In this document: positions 13,111 through 26,205 of the stretch, in pieces
How the letters are laid out: the number at the start of each line of letters is the position of its first letter
How positions within the stretch are numbered: the stretch's first letter is position 1
From: Podarcis cretensis
Taxonomy: Eukaryota
Length of the DNA stretch: 64,000 bases
Assembly (NCBI GenBank): GCA_951804945.1
Contig: OX638159.1
Location: forward strand, 25,296,001-25,360,000
Direction of reading: 5' to 3'
Notes under the pieces: generated by a model
Seen by the model: only the letters and a program-made list of their open reading frames with translations
What the model was told of the DNA's origin: nothing
Database searches by the model: none
Program-made: the position numbers and the translations under genes

Positions 13111-15237
13111 GTGAACTGTGAGTGGTGGCAAGAACAATGACAAGGAGTGCATGAAGGCCTCTGGCTTTCCTTTGCCCTGTTGAGCATGCATGCAAGCAGG
13201 AAGTTGAATGGCAACAATACCACAGGGAACAGGAGAGTACCTGCCTGCGTCACCTGCCTTGCTCACTTGCGGACTGTGCTGGTGAGCTCAGTTGCTCTGT
13301 GGGGGCTTGCCTGGTTTGCTTGCTCACTCCCCCTGCTGTTGTCATGCTGAAGTTTGTGTGACTGCCTTTTGACAGCCGCACAGATTGCAGCTTGGCAGCC
13401 TTGGGTGGCAAAAGGGGAATGTGCTACTCCACCCGCCGCCACTGCCCCTCCAATGAAGCCTCGCTTAGTGGGGTCACACAGTAGCAGGGATGGGATTCCA
13501 CCACCTGAGGTGGCTGCTTTAGTTAGCCTCATAGGTGGGCCGGCCCTCTGTAGATAGATAATGTGACAAGGATTGTACAGCCATGATTCCAAGTTTTTCA
13601 GAGAGTTTCTGAATAATCTAAACACAAGTTTCAGTGCTTTAGCTGTATTGTAAATTGCCGTTTGACAGAGTCATGGAATTTCTCCCCCTATTATAGACTT
13701 ACCTCAAGAGCTTTGTTCTTCACAGCAACCCCATGAAGATGAGGGGAAAGGGTAATTAAATGTTCTTACTAGAAGTGTTATAAAAAAGGAGAGAAATAAC
13801 AGAAAAGAAGTGTCTTTGGTGACACAGCCTTCACTCTCTTTTATAGGGAAGTAGAAATGTGTGTATACAAACAACATGTGTATAGTTATAAGTGCTAACA
13901 GTTCAAAATCTGAAGAGACTTAATATGTACTGTCTATGCTTTCTCTTAGTACAAAAAATATTGCATTAATTGTGTAGAGTTCCTAAACAGAACTTTAAAA
14001 TAAATAAATTCATTTTTTAAAACCTTGACTGATGTTATGCCGTAGATAAAACAAAATCTGAGAGGAAATATTTAACTCATAGATGTAAATGCATATCTGA
14101 CTCTACCTTCTTCAGTATTCTCTTCCGAAAAGACAACAGCCTTCTTTTCTTAAAATTAAGTGCAACATTAAAATATAGCCTGCGTTTTGTGTGGTTGAGG
14201 GGGATGGGTGAGAGGAGGAAGAGGTAAGTGTGCACTCAAAGGATTTGTTACATTTTCTACTATATTTTAGCTGTGTTTTGCAAAATGGCAAAGAAAAGGC
14301 ACCTGGTTGGAAGAATTGGGAGCGTTAAATTAAACATTAAATTATTGCCACTTACGAGGCTAGCACTATTCAAGACTTGCCGCTGCTCAGCGGGACTCTT
14401 TAAGCATATCATGCATTCTTTCAGGAGAATTGTAAACAAGTGTGAAGCATTCTGTCGCAGCAGGGGTGCCCTATGTGTGTAACAGCTGCCAGTCAAATAG
14501 ACTTCAGGAGGCAGCTCTGCTGTCACTTGATATGAAATCCAGCACTCTTTCTGACATAAAACATCACAGCGCTTTGCAAAGAACAGATAAATGAACATGA
14601 ACTAAGTAATGTGACAGGTTTGCAAAAACAGGTAGAATATCAAAAGATCCCTTTTCAGAAGGAAAGGTCTTACCATGAATCTGACCTCTATTGATCACCA
14701 GATAAACCTCATCTGCTGCTTTTGTGAGCCTTTAAATAGTTTCTGTCCCCCATTTACAAAACGGGCTTTTAAGCAGCGGACTCCTTGTGCACATAAGGAA
14801 GTACTGAAACATGGCTCCTTAGCAGCGGCACTCTTGTTGTCCTGGACAGAGCCTTTGTGCATTAGTTGCTTTATGACAGCCACAAATCCAGCAGATACAG
14901 CCAATGCAGTTCAGTATTGGGGAAGGCTGAACCTGTTGAATTCATGCCTGGTGTTGAGAAATGCTTAGCGTGGGAGGAAATTTATTTTTTGGCAAATTTG
15001 GAGGAAAAGGCAAAAGCAAAAAAGATAAAGTGGAAAAACGTTCACTGTTTCACCTTTGAGGAATGTGGGGTGAATTTTCGGAGTAGTGAGCAATATTCAT
15101 TGTCAGTCCTGCAAATACCCCATTGACTTGCAGACAATACTTTTATTTTGCCTGGAATGTGTTTTTCTGAGTCCTGTTTTGGAGGGGGATAGTGATCCCC
15201 CAGTGGCAGCTAAAATTTATTGCCTCTCTCTCTCTTG

Positions 15238-15484
15238 AAGAAGAAGAGTTTGGATTTGATATTCTGCTTTATCACTACCCTAAGGAGTCTCAAAGCGGCT
15301 AACAATCTCCTTTCCCTTCCTCCCCCACAACAAACACTCTGTGAGGTGAGTGAGGCTGAGAGACGTCAGAGAAGTGTGACTAGCCCAAGGTCACCCAGCA
15401 GCTGCATGTGGAGGAGCAGGGAAGCGAACCCGATTCACCAGATTACGAGTCCCCCACTCTTAACCACTACACCACACTGACTTC
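15238..15484 (-). mobile_element. Squam3-type tRNA-derived SINE, full length
   Basis: Minus strand CAGTGTGGTGTAGTGGTTAAGAG...GGGTTCGCTTCC...GGGTGACCTTGGGCTAGTCAC...AAATCCAAACTC(TTC)n. CTCTTGA is present on both flanks. Confidence 0.85.
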
Positions 15485-16072
15485 CTCTTGAGTGTTACAC
15501 TGTATGCTGTGTTATGAAGTGGCATCATTCTAGGCATTATTGAAACAGAAGAGGCAGCTGCCATTTTGAGAAGCCAGGAAGAGTTTTGCACATCCTTTCC
15601 TCCATTGATTCACCAATGAAAAGAACAAAAACCACCACCAAATTCCATAGCCTCTGGGGCTGCAAAAAGGGGGGAATTTTCATTCACTCCTAACAGCAAA
15701 GAATCTCTGTCAAGAATAAGATAGCAATTCTATGGCTTGCCTATCAACTTATTTTGACTTAATATGGAGGTGGGCAGGAGGCCCACTGGCAGTACCTACC
15801 ATTGCAACCCCAAATGCGCCTTTGGGGGTGAAGTCAAACCATTGGAAGGTTACAGTGCCTACTGTAACTGTAGAGACTAGTACAGGAGACATGTTTTATT
15901 GCAGCTGGGGCAGATGAAGATGACTGCTTGGTGTACCATGGCATTTCTCCTTTCTGCATTCTTCCTCGCAGTCATTGCTTCTCTGGTCACTGCTGTGTGG
16001 ATATATGACCTGACTGGTTGTCTCCAGTATTCATGTGTCTTTTCCCACCCAAATACCTCTATTCCTCTTAAT

Positions 16073-16324
16073 CAGGGGTCAGCAAACTTTTCCATCATGG
16101 AGCTGGTCCACTGTCCCTCAGACCTTGTGGAGGGCTGGACTATATTTTGAAAGGAAAAAAATGAATGAATTCCTATGCCCCACAAATAACCCAGAGATTC
16201 ATTTTGAATTAAAGCACACATTCTACTCATGTAAAAACACACTGATTCCCGGACCGTCTGCGGGCCGGATTTAGGCAACGATTGAGCCAGATCCGGCCCC
16301 CGGGCCTTAGTTTGCCTATCCATG
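16073..16324. mobile_element. hAT-type MITE
   Basis: TIRs CAGGGGTCAGCAAAC / GTTTGCCTATCCATG. Exact 8-bp TSD CTCTTAAT at 16065-16072 and 16325-16332. Confidence 0.9.
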
Positions 16325-17394
16325 CTCTTAATCATGCCTTGAGCTTGAGCTCTTCATATTCTCTTTCAAATTGTATTGTGTGTTTGCTTTCTACCCTGCT
16401 TCAGTCCCATTTGATACATCACAGAATTGTGAAGGAAATTTATCATACTTGAAATATTTGTACAGACATAAAACAAGTATTTGACTATCCTCTGTGGCAT
16501 TTCATTGAAATCTGTCTATAATTACTAGTGATTAGCATCAGGATTGGAAGCTTTACATAATTACTAGTTTCTGTTAATGAATGATCCCTTTTTCTCCTCT
16601 GTGTTTGGGATTCTTTGGGTGGTGCTTTAACCTCTTCCTGTCTTTTAGTGTAAACATCCAGCAAACATGATAATTAAATGTAAACCTTAATCAGAGTTGT
16701 ATGTGAAAAATTATAAACTGAAGATAGAATTGTTTAAGGTTTGAAGGCATTTTTTTCCTCAGGCAGCAGATACAACAGTTGAAAACAGATAACTCCTCAG
16801 TATCTCTCCTGCAATTAATCACCCACTGAAGCAAGCTCTCGCATGTATCTAAACTTTTTTGAAAAGTCACGAATGCTAAAAATGTTATTCCCCTCAACAC
16901 ACATATTTCAAATGGCATTTGCAATTTATTAATTTATTTTGATGATTTATATCTTGCCTTTTGATAAAATGTTTCCCCGTGTAGTTTAGGATGCCTGCAG
17001 ATGACCTGTTTATTCCACATTCATCCATATTTGCTCAAACAAAGTTGATATGGAATTAGACTATGTATTTGTTCTGATTTGTTTTCCAGGAGATTATACA
17101 ACTATAAGCATCCATTCTGATTTACTGACATGAAAGAGAGACCCTTCTAACCCCTGGATTCAGTAAGTGTTCAAATATAAGTAAGGAATCAGATTTCTGG
17201 AATAGCCAGACTACCTTCCTAGTGGGGTGATAGCCTAGGTAAGGTGATAGCCAGTGGGCCATCAAGGGAACAAAGGAAGTGGATCTGTGTCAGATGACAA
17301 GTGGATGCCCCCACCTCTCTCAACTGGCTGGTTATTAGAAAAATAAGATGAGAGTTGAGTGTGTAAGCTAGAAGCTGGAGCAAGAAGCAAGCTG

Positions 17395-17486
17395 AAATAA
17401 TAATAATAATTTATTTATTGTACCCCACCCATCCGACTGGGTTGCTCCAGGCACTCCGGGTAGCTTCCAACATAATATATAGAAAC

Positions 17487-17525
<39 letters not shown>

Positions 17526-17876
17526 GAACAGAACAGAAAGGGCTGCTTTCAGATGTCTACAGAAGGTTGTACAATTATTTATCTCTTTGACATTTGATGG
17601 GAGGGCATTCCACGGGGCAGGCATGACTAAAGAGAAGGCCCTCTGCCTGGTTCCCTAAAACCACATCTCTCACCTTGAGGGAAACACCAGAAGGACCTCA
17701 GAACTAGACCCTAGTGTCCGGGCTGAACAATGGGGGGGGGGGTAGAGAGACTCCTTCAGGTATACTGGGCTGAGGCCATTTGGGGCTTTAAATGAGAGCA
17801 CCAACACTTTGAATTGTGCTCCGAAATGTACTGGGAGTCAATGTAGATTTTTAAGGACCAGTCATGTATAGTCCTG
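17395..17876 (-). mobile_element. L2 3' fragment with internal (AAC)n microsatellite
   Basis: Reverse-complement L2 tail and APWNALPSNVKEIN translation. (AAC)n at ~17487-17524. Confidence 0.85.
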
Positions 17877-18471
17877 TTGAAAAAACAAGGGTTCACAAGG
17901 GTTTCTTTAACCACATGTTTAGGAGAAGCCAATTTAAGGTCTGGACTAGACATTAAGATATTTTAGGGGGAAAAGACCCCTGGTTGGATTTCACCAGCAG
18001 AAGCTGTTACAGTAAAAAGGAAAAATATAGATAGGACTTGGGGAAAGTACAAAGATCTTGATTACAAAGAGGGCAACATAAAACTAAGAGATCGGCAGGA
18101 AATTTCCAACTGGATTACTGATTGGTTTCAATATTTTCAAACTAACGAGAAGTCCAAAAAAGATAAGGAAAGAGGGTTTATTCAAGAAGGTTCAGAACTG
18201 GGGGGGAGGGGGAATAAAAAAACTAATTTCTAAAATATATAAATGACTGCTATAGTGGGAAACTAAAGATGAACTTACAAAGGAAGCAATGATTAAGTGG
18301 GCCATCAATATTGGGCATGATGTTGAAATTGGCAAATGGGAAAAATTATGGAACCAAACAATGAACTTCTCTGCATGAGATCAAATAAGAGAAAATGCAG
18401 TACAGGTGGTATTTGATACTGGTCAACCTAGCCAAAATGTATAAAAAAGACGCAAAACTTTGTTGGAAATG

Positions 18472-19607
18472 GGGGGGCACTAGGGGGCGCATCGGAAGAT
18501 GGCTGACAATAACATCTCTCTGACCCACACGAGGTAATTTGGAGGCTATGATGGGAGTAATTAGCCTCCCTACCCCCCCAGGATGTGGGGGGGGGACTGC
18601 CCTTGCCTGCTCTGCCCTATACCACCCCCAAATTTGTGGGGATGGGGGCACTAGGCACAAAGCCCTCCTGTGGGATTCCGGCACTCCTGGACGCCGTCCC
18701 TGATCCGCGCCACTAGCTGCAAGAACTTCAAAAGAAACAATTTGGATGAAGGAATGCACATATTTCAAGGAAGGAGGGGGAGTAAAGACTGCTAACAGAA
18801 GAGATCTCTGATAAAACAAGACAAGAATAAAACATGAGAAGATACGCCAAGATACGGTATGGCAAATGACTGATGGGGGAGGGGGGGAAAACTTTCCTTT
18901 CTTTCCTTATGTGATTAAACAAGAATCCCCTCCCCTCATGAGTCAGAATTGTCATTTTAAGGACTTAAGCTGTGGATTTAAGGCTGTGTGGAGATTAACT
19001 TTCGAACCAAAGCATGTTTTAAGAAGAGCGTGGAATGTATAAGAGCTTTGGAATGACGCAGTTAAAAATGCCGTCGCCATATTGGGAAGTTCTGTCAGAG
19101 GTCTTGAGTCTGGGAGGAGAAAGAGAGAAATATAGCTGTTTATATATTGTGGGTGAAACTCCTCAGAGGGACTTAAGAGTGACAGTTTTATGAGATCAAT
19201 GATGGAAAGAGTGATGTTATCTATGAAGGTGATGATATATGGAAACCATCTCGATTTGAGGATTGGAAGAACGGAAAATTCACACAGGATTATTATTGGT
19301 GTTTATTGGCTTAAGGAGACTATCAGAAGAGATCATAAAGAAAAAAAAGAGAAAATATATGAACAAGATGTGATGTGGAAACAGCAAGATAAGACTGGAT
19401 AGAATTATGAACTCTGTTTGGACTGATTTGGATTGATTTGGACATTAACGCAGTAGCAAGAAGATGATCAGAATCCCCCTTCGGATCTTGAAATATGGGT
19501 CCTCCCAACAAAATTTAAAATTCGGCTTTGTAATTCGGAATTTATGTGATGTGATTTAATTTGATTTGATTGGCCGGTTAATAAAAATTATTTTTTTTTT
19601 TAAAAAA
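18472..19607 (+). mobile_element. Non-autonomous, L1-mobilised ~1.1-kb retroelement
   Basis: 18-bp TSD AAAACTTTGTTGGAAATG (18454-18471 and 19608-19625), G-run 5' end, AATAAA at 19580 followed by a T/A tail. No long sense-strand ORF. Confidence 0.85.
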
Positions 19608-19748
19608 AAAACTTTGTTGGAAATGTTTAGAAACTGAGGGCACATTTTTTCACCTATGGTGGCAATGCAACTGGGCAAAGGAATTTTGGGATATTGTGTA
19701 CAATGAGCTAAAAAATTAATAATCTTAAAATTTGCAATTCCTAAGAAC

Positions 19749-20176
19749 TGTCAGCTTCGCCTTTGAGCCAGTGCCACCGACTGGACTCAACCTCTTCAGG
19801 GCCAGGCGAGCGGGAAAGCACTTCCAGAGACCTTCTTCTGCAGGAACAGGTCTAAGTGCTGTGGACTCACAACTCAGAGCTGTGAGCACCAAACTCACTT
19901 CCAGTAGTCAGCGGAGCACAGTAGAGCATGAACCACACGAACGACAGCTTCTGTAGAATAACTTCTTTTATTCTCTACAGCTACTATACAAACTAACTAC
20001 ATACTAAATGGAGACGCTGGACTGCACTGAGTGTTACAGCTGCATGAGCAGCGACCTTATCTATACACAGATAACACTCAGACTCCCTCTTTGAAGTCAG
20101 GCTGGAGCGGAATAAGTAATGAGCAAAATCCGCCCCCTTCTTTCTGAAACGTCAGCAGATTCTTGCAATGGGAGTA
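19749..20176 (-). mobile_element. Partial solo LTR inserted in the L1 fragment
   Basis: Interrupts the L1 frame after CCTAAGAAC. The minus strand has AATAAAAG and ends GAAGCTGACA. The other end is ragged, with AGAACCCCAAAG duplicated. Confidence 0.55.
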
Positions 20177-21965
20177 GAACCCCAAAGGGAAGAACCCCAA
20201 AGCATTCTTCCTTGATTTAACTGAGAATGAACCTTTACCTTTTAAAAGCCCATAACTTATTATTTATTTTATGCTACTACATTATTTATTTAACTTATTT
20301 ATTTTATGTTACTACAGCTGCAATGCTAGTTTATGCAATATACTGGAATGGTCAACAATAATAATTAGCAACAATAATTTAAAACATTCATCAAAAATGT
20401 AATGCTGGGTTGAATGTTGAGCCAGTGAGGCCATGGTATGCTTGTTGGGTTGGCAGACCTAGGATCCTCATAGCAATGAGGAATAATTCATTCCAATCGT
20501 TTCTGCAGGTCTACAGGTTGCACCAGAAACATGCCCTGGAATTGGTAGGGAGATAATCCTCCCCTCATTAAGGATTTTTCCTGCCCAGACTATGTTGATT
20601 TGGTTCAATATTGTTTAAAATTGTGTGTGTCCCTGCCCTCCCCCCCCCCCCGCACCGATCCTCAACACTTTTATATTAATAAATATAACCTTTTCCCACT
20701 TTCAGCTTGGTGTCTTGAGCCTTCTTTCTGGGTGTGAAGGCAAAGCCATATTGATTTATTTCTGATTAAACATGCAGAGGATTATGCTGCACATGGGGAA
20801 AGAACAAGGATAGAAGAAATGTCAGAAAGGTGGCCGATCTCTTTCAGGCGCTGCAATTTGTCACACCAAAGGAAAGGGCAGTTACAAATACCATCAGGAG
20901 CAGGAGGAGCAATTAGGGAAGAGATTTTCAGTGCCGTCTTTGATTATGTTGCATTTTATGCCAACATAGCTCTCATAGAATGTGTCCCCCTTCCCAATGT
21001 CTAAAGCTATGTTTTGTAGCACATTGTATCTGAAAACAAGCTTATTTCAATGCTATAGGAATCCTAGTAAAGTAGGGTTGAGCACCGGCAGGGGGCATGG
21101 ATACAAACTATTAATTTGTCTCTAAGAGAGATACTGTCACCCTTGGGAAAGTTATTGCCTCCATGCATGTTCCTCATTACCCCAGTAAGCAATTAATCCG
21201 GATACTTGACCAAACCCTCACATTTATCTCCACAAATCGCCACCTTCTTTTTTAATCAGTGTCCCTCGAACACTGTGAGACATGACTCCTGATGTCATAA
21301 GCATTTCGTGTGAGCAATTCAGCTGGAAAATAATGAAACAAAGTGTTGAAGATAATTCTGTATATGTGTCCATTATTTCTGTCGGCGGAGACCTCACTTT
21401 GATTGCAACATCAAGGGCAGTGTAAACATCCGGACATTGCCATTAGAGGATTCATTCATTTCACATCGAAAGTTTGCATCAGTCTCTCTCCCGAATATTA
21501 TTATTTTACAATGGGAGAAAAGGACGGAAAGGCAAAGTCTAGAACTGGAGTTTGTTCATACAGGTGTGCTTTCTTTTGGGCTTGACATTTGCAAAATATA
21601 GGCACAACTAATTTTCTTGTAAATGTCTGTGTTCTTTATGCATGAAGGGAAATGGCACATCAAAGAAGTAAGTTTTATATTAGAAAGTGAATTCAGCTAA
21701 AGAGCTGCTAAGGACGTCACATTACAATTCCGATGAGCAGCCTGTTTACACCAGATTGGAGTTTTGTCCACAAAATATTATTTATATATGCCTGTTATCT
21801 ATTTCAGATATGTGTAAATATCTACCTACCTACCTTCCTCTACTAAGGCCTTTCAAGTGCAAATGCTATGATCATAAGCTCACTGAGTGGGGTGTTGTTA
21901 AGGAGATTTTTTTTGGGGGGGGGGAGTGGTAACATTTACATTTGGAGATGGTTCATTTTTTGCTT

Positions 21966-22307
21966 GGGCTTGCCAATCAGAAGGTCAGCGGTTTGAATCC
22001 CCGCGATGCGGTGAGTTCCCGTTGCTCGGTCCCAGCTCCTGCCAACCTAGCAATTTGAAAGCACACCAAAAAAAGGTGCAAGTAGATAAATTGGTACCGC
22101 TCTGGTGGGAAGGTAAACAGCATTTCAGTGCGCTGCTTTGGTTTCGGTGTTCTGTTGCACCAGAAGCAGCTTAGTCATGCTGGCCACATGACCTGGAAAA
22201 ACTGTCTGTGGACAAACGTTGGCTCCCTCAGCCTGTAAAGCAAGATGAGCGCCGCAACCCCAGAGTCATCTGCGACTGGACTTAACTGCCAGGGGTCCGT
22301 TACCTTT
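21966..22307 (+). mobile_element. Sauria SINE, 5'-truncated, older subfamily
   Basis: CAGAAGGTCAGCGGTTTGAATCC...GTGCAAGTAGATAAAT...CAACCCCAGAGTC...TACCTTT. Confidence 0.9.
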
Positions 22308-22806
22308 ATTACATTTCACATCTTCATTTTTGGACCTTATCATGAATTATGTGAGGATTGTTTAATCGCTGAGATTTTTTTCATTTATTGTTTTTGACTA
22401 CTTAAATGTTTTTGTAATTACATAAACCTACTGATCTAAGCTGCCTTGAGCATTCTTTAACAATGGAAAGGTGTCATACAAATAAATGTTGATATACACA
22501 TTTCTATGCTCATGTTTTAGTGTTTATGGTGCTCAAGGTAGCGCATGGGGTGAGAATATGAATGTGATGGGAATGTCCATTGCCAGAGAGCTAAAGAGGC
22601 TTCAGCCAGGGTGGTTTATGCTGTAAGTTTAGAACCACCATCAGGAAGAATTACATATTCAGATTATTTCAGAATTTTTAGGGCTAGTTTTCTGTTATTT
22701 TTCTCAACATTCTTCATTGCAAAAAAAAAAAGGGGGGGGAGCCAGTTTCACAACTCAAATGATCTACCCCCAACCTTTTGCTGCCAAGACTATGGTGGGC
22801 AGAATA

Positions 22807-23670
22807 TTGCGTGGGCAGGCGGAGTCCCCAGATCCCGAGTGGTCCCCCCCCCCCCGTCATGTGGAATAACGACTCTAGACAATGTGCTATGGGATTAAAT
22901 TGGCCACAACTTTATTAAATTTCAAATGTGGGTAGACCTTGGCTCAGGCATTGGGCGTTCTCCCTCCCCAGTCCCCAGCCGGGGACCTAGGGAGCTACAG
23001 GGTTATCCAGTGTGTGTGGGGGGGGGGATGGGCTGGCTCTGGAGAACATATGTTCAAGCAGAGATAGCCGCCCCCGTTACGCCGCCGCCGCAGGGGAGAG
23101 CAATGACGACCTTTCGGCGTACGGTCAAAGCCTCCCTTCAGAAACCCCTTTAACGGGGAACCCTGGTATCGCCGCCGCAAAGAGGAAGATGGACTAAAGG
23201 ATTCCGCCCAAGGCCTGATACCGCCAAAGTTGTGATGTTTTGCTACGGGAAAGGCGAAACCTGCCAATGCAGGGAAATTCCTTTCCGGCCCTTTAACAGC
23301 GACCTTATCGTAGCAGCGCCCGCATACCTGTGGAGAAAGGTTAACCTGCAAAACCTATGAAGAAAAGTTAACCTGCAAAAGAAGACATTAACTGAGGGTG
23401 GGTAGGGTGGGAGAAGCTCTGGAGCCAAGTGAGGATTCCCAGGTAAGATCCACCCTCTATTGTGTGGGCAGGTAATCCCTCCCCCTACCTGGCCTGGTTT
23501 CCCTGGCAACGCTTCCCCCAGGTGGGATTGGACAACTCACTGGGGTAGGCGGGGATCTCCAGGTATCCCACCTGAGGGAAGGCAAAGCCTATGCTGATGG
23601 GGCCACTCCAGATCCAGGGCTGCACGCGTCCACGCAAAGGGCGCCCCCCGTTTTAAGCGGGGAGCGGTCA
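22807..23670 (-). mobile_element. ~0.85-kb structured interspersed repeat, subfamily II (Ngaro/DIRS solo-repeat-like)
   Basis: Homologous to 47269-48317. AATAAAGTTGTGGCC on the minus strand; terminal TTGCGTGG is inverted to CCACGCAA (23630-23637), which lies next to a hairpin at 23642-23666. The repeat is clear; the superfamily is inferred. Confidence 0.7.
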
Positions 23671-25959
23671 TAGCTCAGTTATGGTCCCTAAAGTAAATAG
23701 GTTCCTTAACTGTTTCTGACATTCCCTATGACAGTGTTCTTCAACTTCGAGTTTCAGTATAGTGTTGGGCAACAACTCTCGTCCCTGACTATTTGCTGAT
23801 ATGGCTGGGTATTGTGGGAATTGAAGTTCCACATCATCTGGTTGGAGAACAACTACCCTTTGGGACCAATCCCTTATATATAAGTATTCTTTGAAGGTTA
23901 TAATAAGTTTTCAAAATGTGGAGGCAACCCGCATTCCCCAGACATTTCATTTCCTTGGCAGACCTTTGATGTAAAATTAAATGGCACTGAAATAAACTAA
24001 TCTTCACTAAACCCACTAATATTTGGACTTAAAGGTAAATAGACCGATGTTCTGATAAATGGTTTTTAGGAAGTTATTAAAAGCTTACTAGATGAGTAGC
24101 CTCCATTTGTGACTGCAACTCAGTTATCTAAATTGTTCTAACTTTGGACCTAAGAATAATGGGATCCTATCAGACAATGTCTGCAGGGTGCTAATTATCT
24201 GCAAGGCCCTCACAGGGAAGTGTTATTTTGTGTATTTTATTATCTCAGAGCCACAGTTTTGTCTCTTGTCTGCAATATCAAGTTTGTTCTCTGAAATGAC
24301 TCTGTTCTCTCTAGTCAATAATATGCACCCAAAAGTTTTTTATAACCATTGTTCAGCTGTTGTTAGCTTTCTGGAAGAAATAACTTTTCTGGCAGTCCCA
24401 TTCAAAATACATTTATAGTGCACTCTAGACATGTTGCCTCATAAGTAAGCCTTATTTAGTTGAATAGAGCTTACACTTTTGTCAATGTGTTTAAGATATT
24501 TGATTGAGTTTATGTATATGCTGCTTTTCCACAACGAGTTGTGCCCAAATTGGCTGACAGAAAACATTCAAAACATAAAAACGCAGAGCCTTGGAAATAC
24601 AAATATACAAAAATACAGAGCATGTCAGTAAATAAATAAATAAAAGTGCTGCAGCTTCCTTCTTCCCTCCCTTTCTTCTTTCTTTTGTTTCTTCCCTTCC
24701 TTCCTCGTTTGCTTGAAGTTGCAGACTAAATTTTATTCTCTTGCATACCCTTCTAAATCAGTAGAAAATTGTCTTGGATTAAGGTTAGTAGTAGTTTTAA
24801 GCATAACCCTTTTAGGGTGATTTAATTATGAGTGATGAGTGAGGATGTAGGTCTGAGCACGCTGGTTTCACCCCGTTGCCATTTCCATTATGTTCCGAAT
24901 CATGGAGGGTCAACGTATTCATGGAGGCTCCTCATGCATTTTAGGTTCCTGAATGCCAAGGTTTTAAAATGTGCAGAGAACCACCATAAATACAGAAGGC
25001 TTCCTACTCCAGATGGTTGAAGGGCGGCAGGAACAGAGATGAGGAGCCACGTGTTTTCTCAGCACTTAATTATAATGCCAAAATATGTAATGCTCAGATA
25101 CAAGTATCCCAAGCAAGAGAACCATAGTTCTGTGCTGGCTAATCTGAAACAACACCAACATGGACCTTGTAAGAAAATTATGAATTGGAGCCCAAGCTAG
25201 AACAGCAGAGAAGTCACTGTTATGGTGCACTGAGATCTATGGTTAGCATGTGCCAGCGTTGGATGGTATGGTGTGGTGAACTCACTTTCAAGGCATCACT
25301 GTTGCTGAAGCTTATTTGGGTGGGACAGGACAGCAGTGATTTGGGGGCTGTTTGAATACACAGACAGAGCTCCACTGGTGCATTCATGCAGCCCCAAACT
25401 CTCCACGCTCCACTATTCAGGAAAGCTGCAGTGACGTTGGTGTCGAGAGGAAGCACTAAGGTACATATCACTCCAGCTATGCCACCCAAAGTGATGAGCA
25501 GATGCAAGATGCCATGAACTTGAAACCTAGGCCCTAATACGCAAGTTCCTCAGCTAACTCTTCTCCCAATGAGGCAGCTTGCCAGAAAAGGAACTCGCAA
25601 CTTGAGTGAACCAAATACGAGGCACCAAAACCGCTGTCTGGTGTCATACATCCACTCTGAATACTACCGATTCAGTAGTCTCACAGGAGGCCCAAGAATC
25701 CACTGCATACCACACTTTGCCCCTAAAGCAGCCATTTTTGCTGTTTAGCTAGAGCAAATTATTACTCTGTTGGGGTAAATTTGCTGCTGGACTGTGCTTC
25801 TTACAGACTACTAACTTAGCTTAGATCCACTCTTTTTGCCTTTTATTTTAACTGTACCTTTGGCTGCCTGGAATCTCTGCAATCTACTACACATCCATGA
25901 TCTCATATGAGCTAGATTTTTTCCCCCATCTATCAGCAGATCCTAAGTTTAGGGATGCA

Positions 25960-26040
25960 CTATTGTATTTTAATATTTTGTTGGAAGCCGTCCAGAGTGG
26001 CTGGGGAGGCTCAGCCAGATGGGAGGGGTATAAATAATAA
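25960..26040 (+). mobile_element. L2 3' tail remnant
   Basis: GGAAGCCGTCCAGAGTGGCTGGGG..CAGCCAGATGGGAGGGGTATAAATAATAA. Confidence 0.8.
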
Positions 26041-26138
26041 TATTTTGTTGTTGTTGTTGTTATGGAGTAGATATATATCTTAGGAGCACATCACTTTAAA
26101 TGTATGGTTAGTTCAAAGAATTCCACACAGCAGCATAA

Positions 26139-26199
<61 letters not shown>

Positions 26200-26205
26200 A
26201 AGAGA
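26139..26205. repeat. Compound microsatellite (TC)n(TG)n(AG)n
   Basis: Read directly from the sequence. Confidence 0.95.

Larger units (their letters stand above)
17879..20350 (+). pseudogene. Decayed L1-clade ORF2 C-terminal region, interrupted twice (18472-19607 and 19749-20176)
   Basis: Rejoined translation includes MIKWAINIGHDVEIGKWEKLW...YRWYL...KLCWKCLETEGTFFHLWWQC..AKEFW (L1 CCHC knuckle)...KFAIPKNPKAFFL. Confidence 0.85.

Noticed and set aside
21421-21480. miR-30-like sequence (TGTAAACATCC ... GTTTGCA at pre-miRNA-like spacing)
   Set aside because: Only the first 11 nt match mature miR-30 and the arms pair for only ~7 bp, so there is no pre-miRNA hairpin. The same 11-mer recurs at ~16649 and fits a FOX site.
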